The notes beneath the pieces were generated by a model that saw only the letters and a program-made list of their open reading frames with translations, was not told where the DNA came from and ran no database searches. This document shows, piece after piece, positions 38,878-49,603 of a stretch of DNA of 64,000 bases (its first letter is position 1; every line of letters starts with the position of its first letter). The stretch comes from Candidatus Latescibacterota bacterium (GTDB lineage: Bacteria; Latescibacterota; UBA2968; UBA8231), in assembly GCA_965223905.1 (NCBI GenBank), contig CBDCXV010000011.1, positions 544,001 to 608,000 on the forward strand, given 5' to 3'. Both the position numbers and the translations under genes were made by a program.

Positions 38878-40044
38878 TCAAGCGGCCGCGGCCACGGCCT
38901 TGCAGATGGCGCGCACTCGCGAGGGCGAGTCGTCGAGGTGCATGCCGATCAGGACGGAGCGCGCCAGGATGTCGAGCGAGTCGCGGCACATCTCCTCGGA
39001 GTATTTCACCCTGCAGCGCCGGTTCGCGGGGATCTTGAACGGGTCGAGGGCCGGGTGGTGGGACCCCTGCTCGCGCAGGATCGGGTGCCAGCGGGTGTAC
39101 ACGTGGCGCCCGGTGTCCATCGGCAGGAACGAGCGGACCCCGGCGGCGGCGACGCTGTCGGAGAAGCGGCGCGCGCTGCCCTCGTCCTCGAACAGGAACC
39201 CGGCGTGGGAGCCGCACTCGTGGTCGATGCTGTTGTAGCGGATCGACTGCAGGCCGGCCTGCTCCCCCGCGGCGATCACCTCCTTCTTGTGGTTCCGCAG
39301 GCGCGACAGGATGCCGTCGATGCGCCGCAGCTGCACGTTCATGATGGCGCCCTCGAACTCGGAGGCGCGGAAGTTGTGACCGGCGAACTGCACGTCGTCG
39401 CTGTGTATCTCGGGGTTCCAGTAGTAGGCGCAGCAGTCGGCCGCCACCGAGGCGCGGTCGAAGACCTTCCTGGTCTTGGCGACGAAAGCTCCCCCCTCTC
39501 CGCAGGAGATGTTCTTGAAGAAGTTGAAGCTGAAGGCCCCGGCGTGGCCGATGGCGCCGAGCTTGCGCCCGCGGTACCCGCCCCCGACCGCCTGGCAGGC
39601 GTCCTCGAGCACCAGCAGGCCGCGGCTGCGGGCGATCTTCATGATCGCGTTCATGTCGCAGGACAGGCCGCACATGTGCACGGGAATCACGGCCCGGGTG
39701 TGCGGGGTGATTCTCCTTTCGAGGTCCTGGGGCGACAGGGTGAGGGATTCGTCGACGTCGGCGACCACGGGAATCGCCCCGGCGTTGAGGACCCCGAGGG
39801 CGGTCGCCATGTAGGTGTAGGCCGGCACGATCACCTGGTCGCCGGGGCCGACCCCGAGACCGACCAGCGCCGTGTAGATCGCCGAGGTGCCGCTGCGCGT
39901 CATGCGCGCGTAGCGGACGCCGACGTGCCGGGCCCAGCGCTCCTCGAAGAGATCGCACTCCCCCCCTTCGTAGCGGTACATTTTGCCGCTCTCGATCAGC
40001 CTGCGCAGCCGCTTCAGCTCCGCTTCGCCCATTCTGTACATCAT
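38878..40044 (-). CDS. DegT/DnrJ/EryC1/StrS PLP aminotransferase
   Basis: SGTSA; GVGPGDQVIVP; VLEDACQAVG; FSFNFFKNISCGEGG. Confidence 0.93.
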   Translation of the reverse strand: MMYRMGEAELKRLRRLIESGKMYRYEGGECDLFEERWARHVGVRYARMTRSGTSAIYTALVGLGVGPGDQVIVPAYTYMATALGVLNAGAIPVVADVDESLTLSPQDLERRITPHTRAVIPVHMCGLSCDMNAIMKIARSRGLLVLEDACQAVGGGYRGRKLGAIGHAGAFSFNFFKNISCGEGGAFVAKTRKVFDRASVAADCCAYYWNPEIHSDDVQFAGHNFRASEFEGAIMNVQLRRIDGILSRLRNHKKEVIAAGEQAGLQSIRYNSIDHECGSHAGFLFEDEGSARRFSDSVAAAGVRSFLPMDTGRHVYTRWHPILREQGSHHPALDPFKIPANRRCRVKYSEEMCRDSLDILARSVLIGMHLDDSPSRVRAICKAVAAAA

Positions 40045-41924
40045 CCTGCTCCCATGTCTGCGGCGAGCTCCCGTTGCCGCGGCGCTGCGCCCGCGGTGCC
40101 GATGCCAACGAGCTCGAGGGGGACCCAACCGCGCACGGAGTTGATCAGAAACAGCTCTTCCGCCCCCTCCAGCTCGTCGATGGCGATCACCCGCTCCTCG
40201 ATCTCCCCCTCTTCCAGCAGCCGGTTGCGGTAGGTCCCGGCCAGCAGCCCGCACTCCCGCGGCGGCGTCCATCGCCGCCCTTCCGAGACGGCGACGATGT
40301 TGCCGATCGAAGCCTCGGTGAGCTCACGGCGCTCGTTCCACAGCAGCACCTCGCCGGCGCCGCAGAGGGACCGGCGTTCCTCGTAGACCTGCCTGTTGGT
40401 CGTCTTGTGGTAGAGGAACGCGTCGCCGCTCGACACCGGCTCCCGGGCGATTTCTGCGCTCAGCGGGCAGCCTTCGGCGAGGGGGAGCGGCCGGCTCTCA
40501 ACCGCCACCTCTCCCGCTCGCGACAGCACCAGTCGAACCCGGTGGCTGCCTCCCGCCGGCCGCAGCCCGCGGGCGTGGCCTTCGAGGGCGGCGAGCACCT
40601 GCTCTTCGTCGCAGGCGAAGCCGAAGTAGGCGGCGGAGTTCCGCAGCCGGGCGAGGTGGCGGTCGCGGAGAAAGTATCCGCCCTCCCGGGAGGAGGCGCC
40701 AGCACCGGTATCGAGCCGCAGGGTCTCGAACAGATCGAACGGAGGCCGGCGCTCGGTGAGAACGCGGGCCTTGAGCCGGCACTCCTCGAACTCGGCGGCC
40801 GCGGCGGAGTAATGCGTTACCCCGCTGCCGACGCCGTACTCCGCCTGTCCGCTGCCGCGATCGACGCAGACCGTCCTGATGGCGACGCTGAAGCAGGCTT
40901 CCATGGCGGCGACTCCCCCTGGCGGGGACCCGCGTCCGCCCTCCTCTCCCGGGGAGAGGTAGCCGATGCACCCCGTATAGATGCCGCGCGGCGCCGTCTC
41001 GAGCCCGGTGATGAGCTCCATGGTGCGCACCTTGGGAGCCCCGGTGACCGAGCCGCTGGGAAACAGGGCGGCGAACAGGTCCCGCAGGCTCGTGTCCGGC
41101 TCTATCTCGGATTCGACCTGGGAGACGAGCTGGTTCACGGTCTCGTACCGCTCCACCTGCCACAGGCTCGGGACCACGACCGATCCGGCCGCGGAGACGC
41201 GCCCGAGATCGTTCCTCAGCAGGTCGACGATCATGACGTTCTCGGCGCGCTCCTTGGGATCGGAGGCCAGCTCCTCGACCAGGGCCCGGTCCTCCTCCAG
41301 CCAGCGGCCGCGCGGGCGGGTCCCCTTCATCGGCCGCGCCCGCAGCCGGCCATCCTTCAGGGAGAAGAACAGCTCGGGGGACGCCGACAGAATCGCGTGC
41401 GACCCGATGTCGATGAAGGCGCAGTAACCGGAGCGCTGAGCGGCGCAGATGTCGTCGTAGAGAGCTGGTAAATCCCCTGCGACCGGGGCCCGCAGGCGGG
41501 TGGTGAAATTGATCTGGTAGGAATCGCCGGCGACGATGTAGCGGTGGATCTCCTCCACCGCGGCGGCGTAGGCGGAACGCTCCATCGAGGATACCCAGGG
41601 GCCGGCAGCGCAGGCACCCGCCGGGGGGGCCGGAGGCAGGTTCCGGGATGGCTTCCGGCGTTCAGAGAACAGGCCGAACCAGAGCAGGGGCAGGGTTCCG
41701 GGTGGCCGGGTACGCATCGCCTCGTCGAGGCCGGGGGCCGCCTCGTAGGTGACGAACCCGGCGGCGTGAAGGCCGCCGGCAACCGCCCTTTCGACCTCCT
41801 CCAGGGCCCGGGGAACATCGGCGTGTGAGCCGGCCTCGACCTCCCCGCAAAACCCGGAAAAGCGGGAGGCCCAGCCGCCAGGGCCGTCGCCCCGGGAATC
41901 GAGCAGCACCGTCGCAGGGGGCAC
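40041..41924 (-). CDS. pabB: Aminodeoxychorismate synthase component I fused to class IV (PabC-like) lyase domain
   Basis: GDSYQIN; SASPELF; RPMKGT; KERAENVMIVDLLRND; GSVTGAPK; HKTTNR; GLLAGT. Confidence 0.93.
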   Translation of the reverse strand: MPPATVLLDSRGDGPGGWASRFSGFCGEVEAGSHADVPRALEEVERAVAGGLHAAGFVTYEAAPGLDEAMRTRPPGTLPLLWFGLFSERRKPSRNLPPAPPAGACAAGPWVSSMERSAYAAAVEEIHRYIVAGDSYQINFTTRLRAPVAGDLPALYDDICAAQRSGYCAFIDIGSHAILSASPELFFSLKDGRLRARPMKGTRPRGRWLEEDRALVEELASDPKERAENVMIVDLLRNDLGRVSAAGSVVVPSLWQVERYETVNQLVSQVESEIEPDTSLRDLFAALFPSGSVTGAPKVRTMELITGLETAPRGIYTGCIGYLSPGEEGGRGSPPGGVAAMEACFSVAIRTVCVDRGSGQAEYGVGSGVTHYSAAAAEFEECRLKARVLTERRPPFDLFETLRLDTGAGASSREGGYFLRDRHLARLRNSAAYFGFACDEEQVLAALEGHARGLRPAGGSHRVRLVLSRAGEVAVESRPLPLAEGCPLSAEIAREPVSSGDAFLYHKTTNRQVYEERRSLCGAGEVLLWNERRELTEASIGNIVAVSEGRRWTPPRECGLLAGTYRNRLLEEGEIEERVIAIDELEGAEELFLINSVRGWVPLELVGIGTAGAAPRQRELAADMGAG

Positions 41925-41927
41925 GAC

Positions 41928-42497
41928 CTAACCGCTGCCTCCCGTGACGCTCCAGATCGACCCCGTGGTATAGGTGTTGCGCTCCGAGCAGAGAAAGGCC
42001 GCGACCTCGGCTACCTCCTCGGGATCGGAGTAGCGGCCTACCGGGGTGCCGGGATTGGCGAGGTGCTCGGCCGAGAAACGCGGCACCACCATCTCGGTCA
42101 GGGCGCGGCCAGGTTCCACCCCGTTGACGAAAACCCCTTGCTTCGGATAGGCGTTGCCCAGGGAGCGCACGAAGCAGAAGAGGGCCGCCTTCGAGACACA
42201 GTACGGGACCTGGTTCGGGGACCCGCCGCGGGCGCTGGAGATGATGGGGAGGCAGCGGCCCCAGCCCCCCTCCAGCATGTGGGGGATGGCGGCCTGGTGA
42301 GCGTAGTAGGCGCCGTACAGATTGATCTTCAGGACCTTGTGGAACTGGGCCGGCGACTGCTCGAGGATGTCGGCAATGACCAGGTCGCGGCCGTCCGCGG
42401 CCAGGCGCAAGGCGATGGCGCGGCCGATTCCCCTGGCCCCGCCGGTTACGAGGGCGACGCGGCGCTCTTCGGGAGCGGCGAACCTGAGCTCTGCCAC
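41928..42497 (-). pseudogene. SDR oxidoreductase with in-frame internal deletion
   Basis: VTGGARGIG..VIADIL joins directly to EQSPAQFHKVLKINL; the DV..NNAG segment is missing; YCVSK retained. Confidence 0.75.
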
Positions 42498-42733
42498 GGA
42501 GGTTCCGGTCTGCGGTTCTGGAAAGGCAGGTTGTGTGCAGGGATGCTGAAGCGGCCGATGGTCAGGCCGCGTTCCAGCCAAGCCCCGGGCCATCGGCGGC
42601 GAAGGCCGTAGCCTGAACCGCGTTTGCCGCGGGCTGACAGGGGCGATAATATAGCCGCTCTGCCCGCAGGCATTCAACCGCCGGCGGCCGGCCCGCCAGG
42701 GCCTTTCCAGTTCCGAAAAGCGGTGGTGGACAC

Positions 42734-43858
42734 ATGAAAATCGAGCGCCTCGAGTCCCTCTACCTCGGCAGCAACTACCTGGTGAAGGTCTACACCGACA
42801 CCGGGCTGACCGGCCTCGGGCAAACCGCCTGCTGGGGGTATCCGGAGGCGGTCGAACGGGTCGTCGACGCCTTCGGGCGCTACCTCGTCGGCCAGGACCC
42901 GCTGCGCATAGAGCACCACTGGCAGCACCTCTACCGCATGAGCCCGTTTCGCGGAAACGCCGTGGCCGGGGCCCTCAGCGCCATCGATATCGCGCTGTGG
43001 GACATCAAGGGAAAGCGCTTCGAGGTTCCGGTCTGGGAGCTGCTCGGAGGGCGCTGCCGCGACAGGATCCGACTCTGTCTGATGGCCGGAGGGCCGACCC
43101 CGGAGGCGATGGCGGAAACCGCCCACAGCGCCGTCGCCGAAGGTTTCACCGCCCTCAAGTTCGACCCGATCGTCTCTCTGCACCCCGACAGCGGCCTCGA
43201 CCGCATCGTCAGGAACGCCGAGGCCCTGGTAGGCGCGGCGCGGGAAGCCGGCGGCCCGGATCTCGATCTCGTGGTCGAGGTGCACCGCAAGCTGACCCCC
43301 CTCACCGCCCTCGCCGTGGCCGAGGCCCTCGCCCCGTTCAACCTCTACTTCCTCGAAGACCCGATCCAGATCGACAGCATCCAGTCGCAGGCGGAGATCG
43401 CCCGCCGCACCAGCGTGCCGATCGCCAACGGCGAGCGCCTGACCACGGTCTGGGAGTTCCGCGAGCTGCTCGAGGCGGGAGGGCCGCAGTACGTGCGCCC
43501 CGACGTCGCCCTCGCCGGCGGGCTGACCCACTGCAAGAAGATCGCCGCGATCGCAGAGTCGTATCACTGCGCCGTCGTCACCCACAACTTCCTCGGACCG
43601 CTGACGACCGCGGCCTCCCTCCACCTCGACGCCAGCATCCCCAACTTCGTCACCCAGGAATACACGAAGAGGGACGAGGCGCCTGAGAACGCCATCTACC
43701 GCTGCGCCCACCGCCGCGAAGGGGGCTTCATGACTGTTCCCGAGGCGCCCGGCCTCGGGGTCGAGCTCGACCCCGGTGCAGAGGCCGGAGCCTTCTCGCC
43801 GATGAACACCGGCACGACCCCTATCTCCGAGGACGGCTCGGTCGCCTACGCGGTGTGA
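42734..43858 (+). CDS. Galactonate dehydratase-like enolase superfamily enzyme
   Basis: SAIDIALWDIKGK..LLGG; EVH; FLEDP; ANGERL; GGLT..KKIA. Confidence 0.9.
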   Translation: MKIERLESLYLGSNYLVKVYTDTGLTGLGQTACWGYPEAVERVVDAFGRYLVGQDPLRIEHHWQHLYRMSPFRGNAVAGALSAIDIALWDIKGKRFEVPVWELLGGRCRDRIRLCLMAGGPTPEAMAETAHSAVAEGFTALKFDPIVSLHPDSGLDRIVRNAEALVGAAREAGGPDLDLVVEVHRKLTPLTALAVAEALAPFNLYFLEDPIQIDSIQSQAEIARRTSVPIANGERLTTVWEFRELLEAGGPQYVRPDVALAGGLTHCKKIAAIAESYHCAVVTHNFLGPLTTAASLHLDASIPNFVTQEYTKRDEAPENAIYRCAHRREGGFMTVPEAPGLGVELDPGAEAGAFSPMNTGTTPISEDGSVAYAV

Positions 43859-43872
43859 ACCCGGGTGATTCC

Positions 43873-45867
43873 ATGAGCGACCCCGCAGCAGCGGGCACCG
43901 GTCCGGGGAATTTCGACTTCGCCTGGCACCCGGACCCGGAACAGGTCGCCGGCAGCAACCTCGCCGCGTTCATGGAGCGCGCCGGCGTCGGCTCCCTCGA
44001 GGAGCTGCAAAGGCGCTCCACCGAAGAGGTCGGCTGGTTCACCGAGCAGGTCATCGAGTTCCTCGACATCCGCTTCGCCAGACCCTGGACCCGGATCCTC
44101 GACCTGTCGCGGGGAAGGCCGTTCGCGCGCTGGTGTGTCGGCGGCGAGCTCAACATCGTTGAAAGCTGCCTGGACAAGTGGCTGGCGGACCCCGTAACGG
44201 CGCGGCGAACCGCCCTGGTCGCCGAGGACGAGGAGGGGAACGCGGCAAGCCTCACCTACCGCGAGCTGGCCGACGAGGTCGGCCGCTGCGCCAACGCCCT
44301 GCGCTCCCTGGGGCTGGGCAAGGGGGACGTCGTCGGCCTGTACATGCCTATGTCGGCCGAGATCGTCATCGCCCTTTTCGCCGCCGCCCGCATCGGGGCG
44401 ATCCTGCTGCCGCTGTTCTCCGGCTTCGGGGCCGGGGCGGTGGCCGGCCGCCTCGAGGACGCCGGCGCCAGGGCCCTGATCACCGCCGACGGATCCCGCC
44501 GCCGGGGACGGCAGGTGCCGCTCAAGGAGACCGCGGACGAGGCCCTGAGACAGGCCCCCTCAGTCGAACACGTTGTCGTCCTGCGCCGACTCGTTACCCC
44601 GGACAAGGGCGTCGGGATGGTCGAGGGACGGGATCACTGGTGGCACGAGCTGCTCGAGGGCATGCCGGCCGCCTGTGAGCCGGAGCCGACCGCGGCAGAG
44701 GACGTGCTGATGCTCATGTACACCTCGGGCACCAGCGGCCGCCCCAAGGGGGCGGTACACACCCACTGCGGGTTCCCGGTCAAGGCGGCCCAGGACATGT
44801 GCTTCGGCACCGACGTTCACCCCGGCGATGTCGTTCACTGGGTGACGGACATGGGCTGGATGATGGGGCCCTGGCTCGTATTCGGCGCCGCCCTGCTGGG
44901 AGCGACCTGCGTCCTCTACGACGGCGCCCCCGACTATCCGGGCCCCGACCGCCTGTGGAAGCTGGTGGAGACGCAGAGGATCGGGATCCTCGGGCTCTCC
45001 CCCACCCTGGTGCGCAGCCTCATCCCCCACGGGGAGGGGCTCGTCAGGCGCTGCGACCTCTCCTCCCTGAAGTTGTTCGCCTCCACCGGAGAGCCCTGGA
45101 ACCCGGACCCCTGGAACTGGCTCTTCGAAGTCGCCGGGAAAAGGCAACTGCCCATCATCAACTACTCGGGGGGCACCGAGGTGAGCGGCGGCATCCTCAT
45201 GGGCAACCTGCTGCAGCCGTCGAAACCGACCGCCTTTACCGGGCCCTGCCCCGGCATGGCCGCGGACGTGGCCGGCGAAGACGGCGAACCGCTCCGCGGC
45301 GAGGTCGGCGAGCTCGTGGTGCGCGCCCCCTGGATCGGCATGACTCGAGGCTTCTGGAACGACGAAGAGCGCTACCTGCGGACCTACTGGTCGCGCTGGA
45401 CCGACGTCTGGGTGCACGGCGACTGGGCCGCCATCGACGGCGACGGGTCCTGGTACATCCTCGGCCGCTCCGACGACACCATCAACGTCGCCGGCAAGCG
45501 CCTGGGCCCCGCGGAGTTCGAGTCCATCCTCGTCAACCACCCCGCGGTCGCCGAGGCCGGCGCCGTCGGCGTCCCCCACCCGGTCAAGGGAACGGAGGTC
45601 GTCTGCTTCTGCGTGCAGGTGCCCGGCAGCGCCGCGGACGACCAGCTCAAACGGGAGCTGCTCGACAAGGTCGCCGCCGAGCTCGGCAGACCGATGCGCC
45701 CCGGAGACCTGCTCTTCGTGCCGGACCTGCCGAAAACCCGCAACGCCAAGGTGATGCGCCGCGTCATCCGCAGCGCCTGGCTTGGGGAAGATCCCGGGGA
45801 TACCTCCAGCCTGGTGAATCCCGAAGCGATCGCCGCCATAACGGCCGCTGCTGCCGGCAACGGCTGA
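43873..45867 (+). CDS. Acetyl-CoA synthetase-like AMP-dependent ligase
   Basis: YTSGTSGRPKG; STGEPW; SGGTE; GRSDD; LPKTRNAKVMRR. Confidence 0.92.
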   Translation: MSDPAAAGTGPGNFDFAWHPDPEQVAGSNLAAFMERAGVGSLEELQRRSTEEVGWFTEQVIEFLDIRFARPWTRILDLSRGRPFARWCVGGELNIVESCLDKWLADPVTARRTALVAEDEEGNAASLTYRELADEVGRCANALRSLGLGKGDVVGLYMPMSAEIVIALFAAARIGAILLPLFSGFGAGAVAGRLEDAGARALITADGSRRRGRQVPLKETADEALRQAPSVEHVVVLRRLVTPDKGVGMVEGRDHWWHELLEGMPAACEPEPTAAEDVLMLMYTSGTSGRPKGAVHTHCGFPVKAAQDMCFGTDVHPGDVVHWVTDMGWMMGPWLVFGAALLGATCVLYDGAPDYPGPDRLWKLVETQRIGILGLSPTLVRSLIPHGEGLVRRCDLSSLKLFASTGEPWNPDPWNWLFEVAGKRQLPIINYSGGTEVSGGILMGNLLQPSKPTAFTGPCPGMAADVAGEDGEPLRGEVGELVVRAPWIGMTRGFWNDEERYLRTYWSRWTDVWVHGDWAAIDGDGSWYILGRSDDTINVAGKRLGPAEFESILVNHPAVAEAGAVGVPHPVKGTEVVCFCVQVPGSAADDQLKRELLDKVAAELGRPMRPGDLLFVPDLPKTRNAKVMRRVIRSAWLGEDPGDTSSLVNPEAIAAITAAAAGNG

Positions 45868-45912
45868 CAGGGAATCCCTCCTCCCGACGAGAAGCGTCGC
45901 GTCCGGCCAGGG

Positions 45913-48426
45913 CTAAAACCAGGCGGCCGGGGCGCGGCAGCGGTCGAGCATCCCCGCCCACAGGGGCCACTGCCTGACCGCGGCGTGCAGCAGCAGGATG
46001 AGGAGGAGCTGCAAGGTCGAGGAGAGGATGAGGCGCCCCTCCGGAACTGTCCCCTCCGCCCAGGGCGCCCGCCTTCGCCCGGAGATGGTGAAACCCGCCC
46101 AGAGCAGGAGGGCGGCAATGCTGACCGAGGCCCCGATGCGGAAGCTGGCCGGCTCGAAGCTGAAGACCACCTCCCGGTCGGCAGGCCTCACGGCGACGGC
46201 GCGAAAGACATGGTTGGCGAGCAGCAGGGGCCTCTCTTCCCCGTCGACGGCCACCCGCCACCCGGGATAGTGGCTGTCGCTCAAAACCAGGAACCCCGGC
46301 TCGTTCGGCGCCACCGCGACCTCCACGCGGCGCGGGTCGTAGCGGGTGATACGGGCCTGGCCCGCGGGAAACCGCCGGTCAGCGGGGGGCGCCCCCCCGG
46401 CAGCGGTCTCTTCATCCGCCCGGAGCCCAGGGTCCCTGTCCAGGATCACCTCGCGCTCCGGTCTGAACCGGTGCCCGCGCATGTAGCGCAGGCGTTCTCC
46501 GGCACCGGCAATCACCTTGGCGTCGCCGACCAGAAATGCCCGCGGCAGGACGCGGCTGTTTTCGTACAGGAACAGCTCCCCGCCGTGCAACAGAGTCAAT
46601 CCCGCCTGCCGGAGCGGGGCATGGGTGACGACGAAGCGCGCGTTGGCAAGGGACAGGAATCCGGGATACCCCCTGGCGAACTCCCAGTGCCGCGACAGGT
46701 GCAGCGGACTCCACCCAGGCAGCGAGTTCGCCAGGCCGTAGACGGAGCCGGTGTACATCCGCAGGGTCTCCGGGTAGGACCGGTAGGAACCGAGGTCGTG
46801 AACCCACCCGGAGTGCCAGTCGAGCCCGCTGCCCCGTTCGGACACGAAGCTCGCGACGCGGAAGCGCCCGGCGTGTGGAAGCTCAACAGCTGCTGAATCG
46901 GCCGCGGCAGCGATGCGACGGGCCATCCGGGGCGGCTCGAGGTACACCGCCGGGTCGATGACGCCGTTGAAGGAGCGGCCGAAATCGGCGAGATCGGCAA
47001 AAAGGACCAACGGAACGGCCCAGCCCGCCCAACGCCGCCTCCGGCCGGGACCGGCCGCGAAACCGAGCGGCACCGCGGCGGCGAGGATGAGGCCGCAGCG
47101 CAGCATATCGGAGGAGAGATCCTCCCGGTAACGGCCCGCGGCTTCCGGCTTCGTATCGGAGTCCGGCCTCCCTGACACGAGGTCCCCGTTGACGCCCGCG
47201 GCGAGGGCGGCCACGAGGGCGGCGGCGACCAGCGAGCCCAGCCACCACCTCCTGTGCTCGCCGCTTAAAAGCCGGTCGAGTCCGAGGCCTGCCAGCACCG
47301 CGGCGGCGAACGCCCACCAGAGCAGGAAGCGCGTGGGAATCCTGAAGAAGCTCAGCCCCGGCAGCTCGTAGAGGATCTCGTAGAGGACGGTGTACCTGCC
47401 CAGGGAGAGGAGCAGGGCCGCGGCGGCGAGGGCGGCGAAGAAGGGGGCGTGCCGGTTGCGGTTTCCGCGCAGCGCCAGGGGGGCGAGCAACAGCGGCAGC
47501 ACGCCGACGTAGGGACAGAGCTGGATGAAGAAACCGGCCTCCCTCCCCCAGTAGGAACCGGTTGCCGAGTTGCCGAAGAAATCGGGCAGCAGCAGGCAGA
47601 CGAAGCGCTCCGGGGGCAGCGACATCTTGGCGAACTGCTCGTATTCGAGGCCCTCGGAGCGGCCGGACAGCTGCACCAGCTCCCAGGTCGGCAACAGCTG
47701 CACCGCGGCCATGCCGGCACCGAGGGCGAACGTTCCGGCGACGGCCGCGGTCCAGACCGCGGGGGGCGAGGTCAGGCGGCGGCCGGACCCGGGGCCGGAC
47801 CCCCGCATCCCGAGGCCTCGATACAGGGCGTAGAGGAAAGCGGCCGCGGCGCTGTACAGGGCTGCCTGGGGGTGGCCGGCAAGCAGCTGCAGGGCGAAGA
47901 TCGCGGCGGCAAGACCGAGGCAGGGAATGCTGCGGCGGCGCGCCGCCAGCTCCAGGGCCGCGAACAGAAACGGCATCCAGGCCGCGGCGTCGACGAAGTT
48001 CTGCGACATGGCGCGCACTACCGCGTAGCCGCTCAGCGCGAAGGTCAATCCGCCGGTCAGCGCCCCTGCCCTGCCGGCGCCGATCAGGCGCAGGTAGGCA
48101 AAGGTTCCCACCCCCCCGAGCCAGAGGTGAAAGGCGACGTTGAAATTGATCGCCACCCAGGTCGGCAGCAGCAGCGCCGTCAGCAGGTTGAAGGGGTACA
48201 GGACCCCGGCCTGGCCCTCGGCAAACAGCGGAAAGCCGCAATTGATCCCCGGGTGCCAGAGAGGAAGCTCGAGCTGCCTGAGCACCTGGGAACAGAAGTG
48301 CCGGAAGGGGTAGTTCTGGACCATGACGTCCTGGACGAAGAAGGCCCCCTGGAGGGTCACCGCCTCCCGGAAATACATGGCCACCGCGAGGGCCAGCAGC
48401 AGAATCGGGACGGAGGATTTCGCCAT
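45913..48426 (-). CDS. YfhO-family polytopic membrane protein (GT-C-like)
   Basis: PLWHP..CGFPLFAEGQ..YP; LAGHPQ; AAVQLLPTWE; RIPTRF; LVLSDSHYPGW. Confidence 0.85.
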   Translation of the reverse strand: MAKSSVPILLLALAVAMYFREAVTLQGAFFVQDVMVQNYPFRHFCSQVLRQLELPLWHPGINCGFPLFAEGQAGVLYPFNLLTALLLPTWVAINFNVAFHLWLGGVGTFAYLRLIGAGRAGALTGGLTFALSGYAVVRAMSQNFVDAAAWMPFLFAALELAARRRSIPCLGLAAAIFALQLLAGHPQAALYSAAAAFLYALYRGLGMRGSGPGSGRRLTSPPAVWTAAVAGTFALGAGMAAVQLLPTWELVQLSGRSEGLEYEQFAKMSLPPERFVCLLLPDFFGNSATGSYWGREAGFFIQLCPYVGVLPLLLAPLALRGNRNRHAPFFAALAAAALLLSLGRYTVLYEILYELPGLSFFRIPTRFLLWWAFAAAVLAGLGLDRLLSGEHRRWWLGSLVAAALVAALAAGVNGDLVSGRPDSDTKPEAAGRYREDLSSDMLRCGLILAAAVPLGFAAGPGRRRRWAGWAVPLVLFADLADFGRSFNGVIDPAVYLEPPRMARRIAAAADSAAVELPHAGRFRVASFVSERGSGLDWHSGWVHDLGSYRSYPETLRMYTGSVYGLANSLPGWSPLHLSRHWEFARGYPGFLSLANARFVVTHAPLRQAGLTLLHGGELFLYENSRVLPRAFLVGDAKVIAGAGERLRYMRGHRFRPEREVILDRDPGLRADEETAAGGAPPADRRFPAGQARITRYDPRRVEVAVAPNEPGFLVLSDSHYPGWRVAVDGEERPLLLANHVFRAVAVRPADREVVFSFEPASFRIGASVSIAALLLWAGFTISGRRRAPWAEGTVPEGRLILSSTLQLLLILLLHAAVRQWPLWAGMLDRCRAPAAWF

Positions 48427-48472
48427 CGGTCTCAGCGGCTGGAGAGCGGGCGGGGGTCCGGAGTCACTGCCT

Positions 48473-49603
48473 TCAGCGCAGCCAGGACTGCCGGTGAAGG
48501 AACTCGGCGATGGTATCGGCGGCCAGGGCGTGCCCTGCGGCGTTCCAGTGGCTGTCCCTGTGGAAGAGGGTCTCCGTGACCGCGGCGGCGAGGAATGCCG
48601 GGGAGAGGTCGAGAAAGGGAATCCCGTGCTCGGCCGCGGCCGCGGCGAGCCGCCGGTTCGGCTTGTCGAGGGCGTACTCCTCCTCGAGCATCCCGTACAG
48701 GGCGACCTTGGCCTGCCAGTCCTCCTGCTCGATCTGGACGATCGCCGGGACGTACACCAGCAGCAGTTTCGCATCGGCGCGGCGAACCAGGTTGTCGAAC
48801 TCCAGCAGCAGCCGTCCCGTCGTTCTCCAGGCCTTCTCGAAACGGTCCGCACCGGCGCCGGTGCCGTACAGGGCGATGTAGAACTCCCGCCGCTGGGCCG
48901 CGGGGACCTCCGGCGAAAATGCCTTGCGAAGGAGGGCGGCGAGGTGCCAGTGCTCGAAGGCGTACCGCGAGACGCGCTGGTCCAGCGGAAGGTCCCTGTC
49001 GAGGTCCCAGTAACGGGTGCGCCGCACCGGAACTCCGGTCAGCCTGAGGCCGTTCCCCGGACCGAGGACGAAACGGGGTTTGTACCCCCTCTCTATGCCG
49101 ATTCCCCGGTTGAGAGCGTTGTTCCACAAGTCGTTTCCGTAAAACAGGAGCAGGGCGATATCGGGGGCGTAGGCGCGCCAGTGGCGCTGAAACAGCAGCA
49201 ACTGCTGGTCGGTCCCGTACCCGGCGACGCCGAAGTTGAATACCTCTCCCGGGATCCCTCCCTCGGAGAACCGTTCTTCGAGCTGTTCGCTGACCGCCTG
49301 CTCGGTGTCGACGCCCCAGCCTTCGGCAAACGAGTCCCCGAGGAGAAGGAGGCGGTTTCCCGGCGCCCCGGAGGAGTCGGTTTCGCTGTCGCGGAGACCG
49401 CGTGAATTGATTCGGTACTCGACGTCGAATTCGGGGCTTACCAGCCTTCCGTGCGAGTTGGGAACGTGACGCCAGCCCAGCTCGCTGTCGAACTGCCAGA
49501 CCCGGGGCCTGCGGTGCAGTTGCGGAACCGCCAGGGCGAGAAAGGCCTCGGCAAGCAGCAGGCCGCAGATCAGCCCGAAGAGGGCCAGGGCCCAGATTTT
49601 CAT
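48473..49603 (-). CDS. SGNH/GDSL hydrolase (AlgX/AlgJ-like), membrane anchored
   Basis: INSRGLRD; LGDSF; NFGVAGYG; GND; DSHWNAAGH. Confidence 0.88.
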   Translation of the reverse strand: MKIWALALFGLICGLLLAEAFLALAVPQLHRRPRVWQFDSELGWRHVPNSHGRLVSPEFDVEYRINSRGLRDSETDSSGAPGNRLLLLGDSFAEGWGVDTEQAVSEQLEERFSEGGIPGEVFNFGVAGYGTDQQLLLFQRHWRAYAPDIALLLFYGNDLWNNALNRGIGIERGYKPRFVLGPGNGLRLTGVPVRRTRYWDLDRDLPLDQRVSRYAFEHWHLAALLRKAFSPEVPAAQRREFYIALYGTGAGADRFEKAWRTTGRLLLEFDNLVRRADAKLLLVYVPAIVQIEQEDWQAKVALYGMLEEEYALDKPNRRLAAAAAEHGIPFLDLSPAFLAAAVTETLFHRDSHWNAAGHALAADTIAEFLHRQSWLR

